Source of the DNA: an uncultured Alphaproteobacteria bacterium | GTDB lineage: Bacteria; Pseudomonadota; Alphaproteobacteria; Rs-D84 | Length of the DNA stretch: 64,000 nt | Assembly: GCA_947053455.1 (NCBI GenBank) | Contig: CAMRSV010000002.1 | Coordinates: 1-64,000, forward strand | Reading direction: 5' to 3' | Part shown: positions 63,903 through 64,000 of the stretch, in pieces | How the letters are laid out: the number at the start of each line of letters is the position of its first letter | Position numbering within the stretch: the first letter of the stretch is position 1 | Program-made: the position numbers and the translations under genes | The notes under the pieces: model-generated | Seen by the model: the letters and a program-made list of their open reading frames with translations, nothing else | What the model was told of the DNA's origin: nothing | The model's database searches: none

Positions 63903-64000
63903 TTATTTTGTTTCCGTATTCGGAACCACAGGTTGCGCGGCATCTGCGTTTTCCTGCATAATTATTTCCTGGCGCAGCTCACTTTGATTACGGGACATAT
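63903..64000 (-). CDS. C-terminal end of an unknown ORF (partial)
   Basis: Open frame ...MSRNQSELRQEIIMQENADAAQPVVPNTETK* converging on the terminator. Confidence 0.4.
   Translation of the reverse strand, partial: MSRNQSELRQEIIMQENADAAQPVVPNTETK

Overview
Chromosomal window from a compact-genome bacterium. Gene content and style suggest an alphaproteobacterium, possibly a host-associated Rs-D84/Enterousia-type lineage (inference). It carries housekeeping genes (hup, alaS, rpsD, trpS, xerC, rnj, csp, lysS, tgt, queA, era, bamD, murJ, rlpA, tdk, prmC, ftsH, tilS, groES/EL, rne), a YbhGFSR/TolC-type efflux operon, an AT-rich surface-glycan locus with two G-homopolymer switches, and tRNA-Gly and tRNA-Arg with decayed duplicates. 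The main result is an unannotated family of nine ~150-210 nt structured RNA cassettes at about 5.1-5.5 kb (x2), 9.8, 42.7, 48.1, 57.9-58.5 (x3) and 61.8 kb. Most have their own sigma70 promoter and terminator. Each has a conserved tRNA-like three-way junction whose two variable single-stranded guide segments are complementary to a bipartite target in a cassette 5' leader. The architecture recalls phage P1 C4 / P4 CI antisense immunity RNAs, but here the cassettes are dispersed, diversified and cross-wired, and precede small HTH genes and secreted-protein genes. All calls come from reading the sequence and motif recognition; no database searches were run.
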